Origin: Camelus ferus
Taxonomy: Eukaryota
Assembly: GCF_009834535.1 (NCBI RefSeq)
Contig: NC_045697.1
Span: forward strand, 41,914,001 to 41,978,000
DNA: 64,000 nt
Reading direction: 5' to 3'
The translations under genes and the position numbers were made by a program. The notes beneath the pieces are model-generated. The model did not search any database, was not told where the DNA came from, and saw only the letters and a program-made list of their open reading frames with translations. The first letter of the stretch is position 1; each line of letters starts with the position of its first letter. Of this stretch, positions 62,730 to 64,000 are shown one piece after another.

Positions 62730-64000
62730 GAATTTTTATTGCATTTCTTCTCTAGGTCAGATGATGTTTTGTGTGCTGAAGATATAGCAGCATAGAAAGT
62801 AGATAGTGACTCTGTTCTCATGAAGCTTATAATTTAATGAAGGGAGAAATACATACATCCAACCATACATAAATTTTAAATCACAAGGGGATTATTAAAT
62901 GATGTAAAATGTTGTTGTAGTTAATTAAAATAGGGTGTTTTGTGTGAAAGTGCTTGGGTGGCTCATTTGGAATGACTGTTCAGAGAACTTTCTGAGCAGG
63001 TGATGTTTTATCTGAGCTCTAGATGCTAAGAAAAGTCCCTCCAAGTGAAGATGAAGGGGAGAATGGTTATATCTGAGAGGAAGGCAGGCGTGATCAGGTC
63101 CTGCTTTATAAGCTAAGGTTGTGTTTGAGTCCTTACTCTATGTGCAGTGAGAAGCCATTGAGGGATTTTGAGCATGGTAACATCTGGTTTGTATTTTCAA
63201 AAGAACGCACTGGCTATGACTAGAAAATGGATTGTAGAGGGACAAGAATGTAAGAAACCCAGACTATCAGGACAGTGAAGGCCAGTGGCCATTAAGATGA
63301 AGAACAGTGATGTTATTTGGATGATGTCTTGGAGGTAACCAGTAATTGGTAATGTGCTGCATGTGGGGCTTAAAGAAAGAAGGGAGACAAGAATAATGCC
63401 TAGAGCAGTGTGTGAGTACTGGAGCAATGGATGATCTCAGACACTATGATGGGAAGGTAGAGGAGAGAAGAAACAAGATTGCGGGAAAAATCAAGAGTTC
63501 ACTTTAGGCTCTATTCAATTTGAAATGTCCATTAGATGTACAGCAAAATGAGAAGCAGGATTTTGATATATGAGTCTCAAGTTCTAGAGACAGATCCAAC
63601 TGGAGATTTAGTTTTAAGAGTCATCAGACTATCAATTGCATGTGAAGTCAAGAAATTAATTAGCATAATTTATGGAGAAAGTGTAGACGGGTTAAAGCAG
63701 GTGATCAAGGGAAGATCTCCAGAGCACACCAGCCTCTAGAGGACCTACAATGGAGAGGGGACCAGAAAGAGGACTGAGGAGTGAGGCCAGAGAAGGAGGG
63801 GCTGGTGCAGGATCCTGAAAGCTGTGGCAAGAAAGGGCTACGAGAAATGATCATCTGTAGCCAACGCCCTGAGCAGTCAAGTGAGAGCATAACTAGAAAA
63901 CTGACTAATAGCTTTGGCCAAGAAGCTATTGGTGAATGTGATAAAGGTAAGGCCCATGAAGTGGTAGAAAACCAAGCCCAGTTCCAGTGGGTTGAAGAAG
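62730..64000 (-). mobile_element. L2 LINE, long fragment running off the window end
   Basis: gtgcagtgagaagccattgagggattttgagcatgg, atcaagagttcactttagg...tttgaaatgtccattaga, ggagatttagttttaagagtcatcag. Confidence 0.85.

Larger units (their letters stand above)
49225..64000 (-). other. ARHGAP24: ARHGAP24 intron upstream of the PH-domain exon (continues beyond window end)
   Basis: Ends in ...tgttaatgtctggggcatttgtcttcacag on the minus strand (branch-point-like TTAAT, short pyrimidine tract, CAG). I did not find the preceding coding exon in the window. Confidence 0.85.

Overview
This is mammalian genomic DNA: AT-rich, CpG-depleted and dense in TEs. It is probably from a camelid or other non-ruminant cetartiodactyl, inferred from the young L1 3' ends and from seeing no Alu, BovB or PRE1. 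It is not prokaryotic, and the six-frame ORFs are chance ORFs or L1 ORF2 debris. The only coding exon I can support is an 88-nt minus-strand exon at 49137-49224 encoding GTIFLPGNKVLEHPCNEESPGKFLFEVVP(G), part of the PH domain of ARHGAP24 (FilGAP). The whole window therefore lies inside ARHGAP24, with the upstream intron to the right and the long downstream intron to the left. The rest is L1, L2, MIR, MaLR/ERVL/ERV1 solo LTRs and hAT MITEs. The items most worth a second look are a ~120-bp-arm inverted repeat at 53.0-53.7 kb, a solo ERV1-type LTR carrying a CCAAT array, two octamers and a TATA box, and a 5'-inverted (twin-primed) L1 next to the exon. Also notable are a near-perfect 51-bp duplication of a hairpin unit, a candidate internal first exon near 9.4-9.6 kb, competing splice donors downstream of the exon, and poly(A)-only insertions. 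I see no convincing evidence of a new multi-gene system. Repeat subfamily names come from recalled consensus sequences, not from a search.
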